Position numbers and translations under genes: made by a program. This document shows, one piece after another, positions 63,310 through 64,000 of a stretch of 64,000 nt of DNA. Numbering within the stretch: the first letter of the stretch is position 1; each line of letters begins with the position of its first letter. Origin of the DNA: Oopsacas minuta (Eukaryota; Animalia; Porifera); the NCBI GenBank assembly GCA_024704765.1, contig JAKMXF010000309.1:287887-351886 (forward strand). The letters run 5' to 3'. The notes below the pieces were generated by a model. The model was given only the letters and a program-made list of their open reading frames with translations, searched no databases and had not been told where the DNA came from.

Positions 63310-64000
63310 ATGTTTCAATCCAACACGAACCCTTTTTACTCACCGAGATCGAATTCCCCTGACGATTATAATCAGGAGGTAAACACGGACGATGGTTACA
63401 ATTCTTCCCCTTCTAATTGCCAATATTTTTCCCATTCAGAATTCTACGCTGAGATGCCAAAACACAATCTGCCTCATGTAATTCACTCTGATGAGATGTA
63501 TCAAGGAGCTTTCCCACCGACGTCACATTCTCAAATACTTCCCATACCCATAAGCGAGGGGTCTACGTCCTCTCTGCCTGTCTCTCTCACGCCGTTCACT
63601 CTCTCTAATGGATCCGCACCTACCTCCCCATCGGTTGGGTACGAGCATGAACAATCACATTTCATTCAAACCAGTACAAGTGGGGGGTTTCCAGATCCGA
63701 TGATGTCGCCGTATCCAGCTGATGCTTACCAGCAGTTTTCCTATGATGGAGCGATGCAAGGGGCAAATAATAGAGTAGGAAAGGATCTAAAGTATTGCGA
63801 GAGAAGACGCAAAAATAATGAAGCCAGCAAGAAATCACGCGCCAAGAAAAAGGAGAAAGCAAGGGAAATGGAAAGCCGAGCACACGTTCTTGAGCAGGAA
63901 AACAGACACCTTCGTCAGAAATACTCTGAATTAGAGCAAGAAGTTGCGGTCTACAAACAACTAACTGAAAAGATTACTAATTGTGAATCGCAAGAGTGCA
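63310..64000 (+). CDS. PAR/NFIL3-like bZIP transcription factor, truncated by the window end
   Basis: Open frame from ATG 63310 to the window end, with KDLKYCERRRKNNEASKKSR followed by a leucine zipper (LEQENRHLRQKYSELEQEV). Confidence 0.88.
   Translation, partial: MFQSNTNPFYSPRSNSPDDYNQEVNTDDGYNSSPSNCQYFSHSEFYAEMPKHNLPHVIHSDEMYQGAFPPTSHSQILPIPISEGSTSSLPVSLTPFTLSNGSAPTSPSVGYEHEQSHFIQTSTSGGFPDPMMSPYPADAYQQFSYDGAMQGANNRVGKDLKYCERRRKNNEASKKSRAKKKEKAREMESRAHVLEQENRHLRQKYSELEQEVAVYKQLTEKITNCESQEC

Overview
AT-rich, gene-dense eukaryotic (animal) DNA with short GT-AG introns. The gene content (fibrillar collagens, SHP2, RING-TRAF, PAR-type bZIP), compactness and intron loss suggest a non-bilaterian, most plausibly a glass sponge; this is inference only. 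I reconstructed about 23 genes by hand, checking exon phases. Twenty consecutive genes lie on the minus strand (1.3-50.8 kb): ARL14EP-like, PPIL2, CACYBP, PTPN11, four Tyr-rich membrane paralogs, collagen A, CDC123, collagen B, PITP, an orphan coiled-coil gene, CD36/SCARB, a GRAM-CCCH-UFD1-zinc finger gene, PIH1D2, RMI1, USP10, MVB12-like and UVRAG. After a ~1 kb switch region, three genes lie on the plus strand (RAB1, TRAF, bZIP). Main signals: (1) the co-directional packing, plus a 3' splice-acceptor-like YAG within 1-12 nt of the ATG in 16 of 22 genes, points to spliced-leader trans-splicing and possibly operons; (2) a tandem family of Tyr-rich, RXXR-processed single-pass membrane proteins; (3) an unusual 1051-aa GRAM-CCCH-UFD1-PPC-like-TRAF zinc finger protein; (4) two minimal fibrillar collagens with shortened C-propeptides and Gly substitutions; (5) a ~200-nt multi-stem element at the left edge; (6) an X-box tandem repeat. 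Several MITE families fill introns and spacers. No rRNA, tRNA or CRISPR array was recognised.
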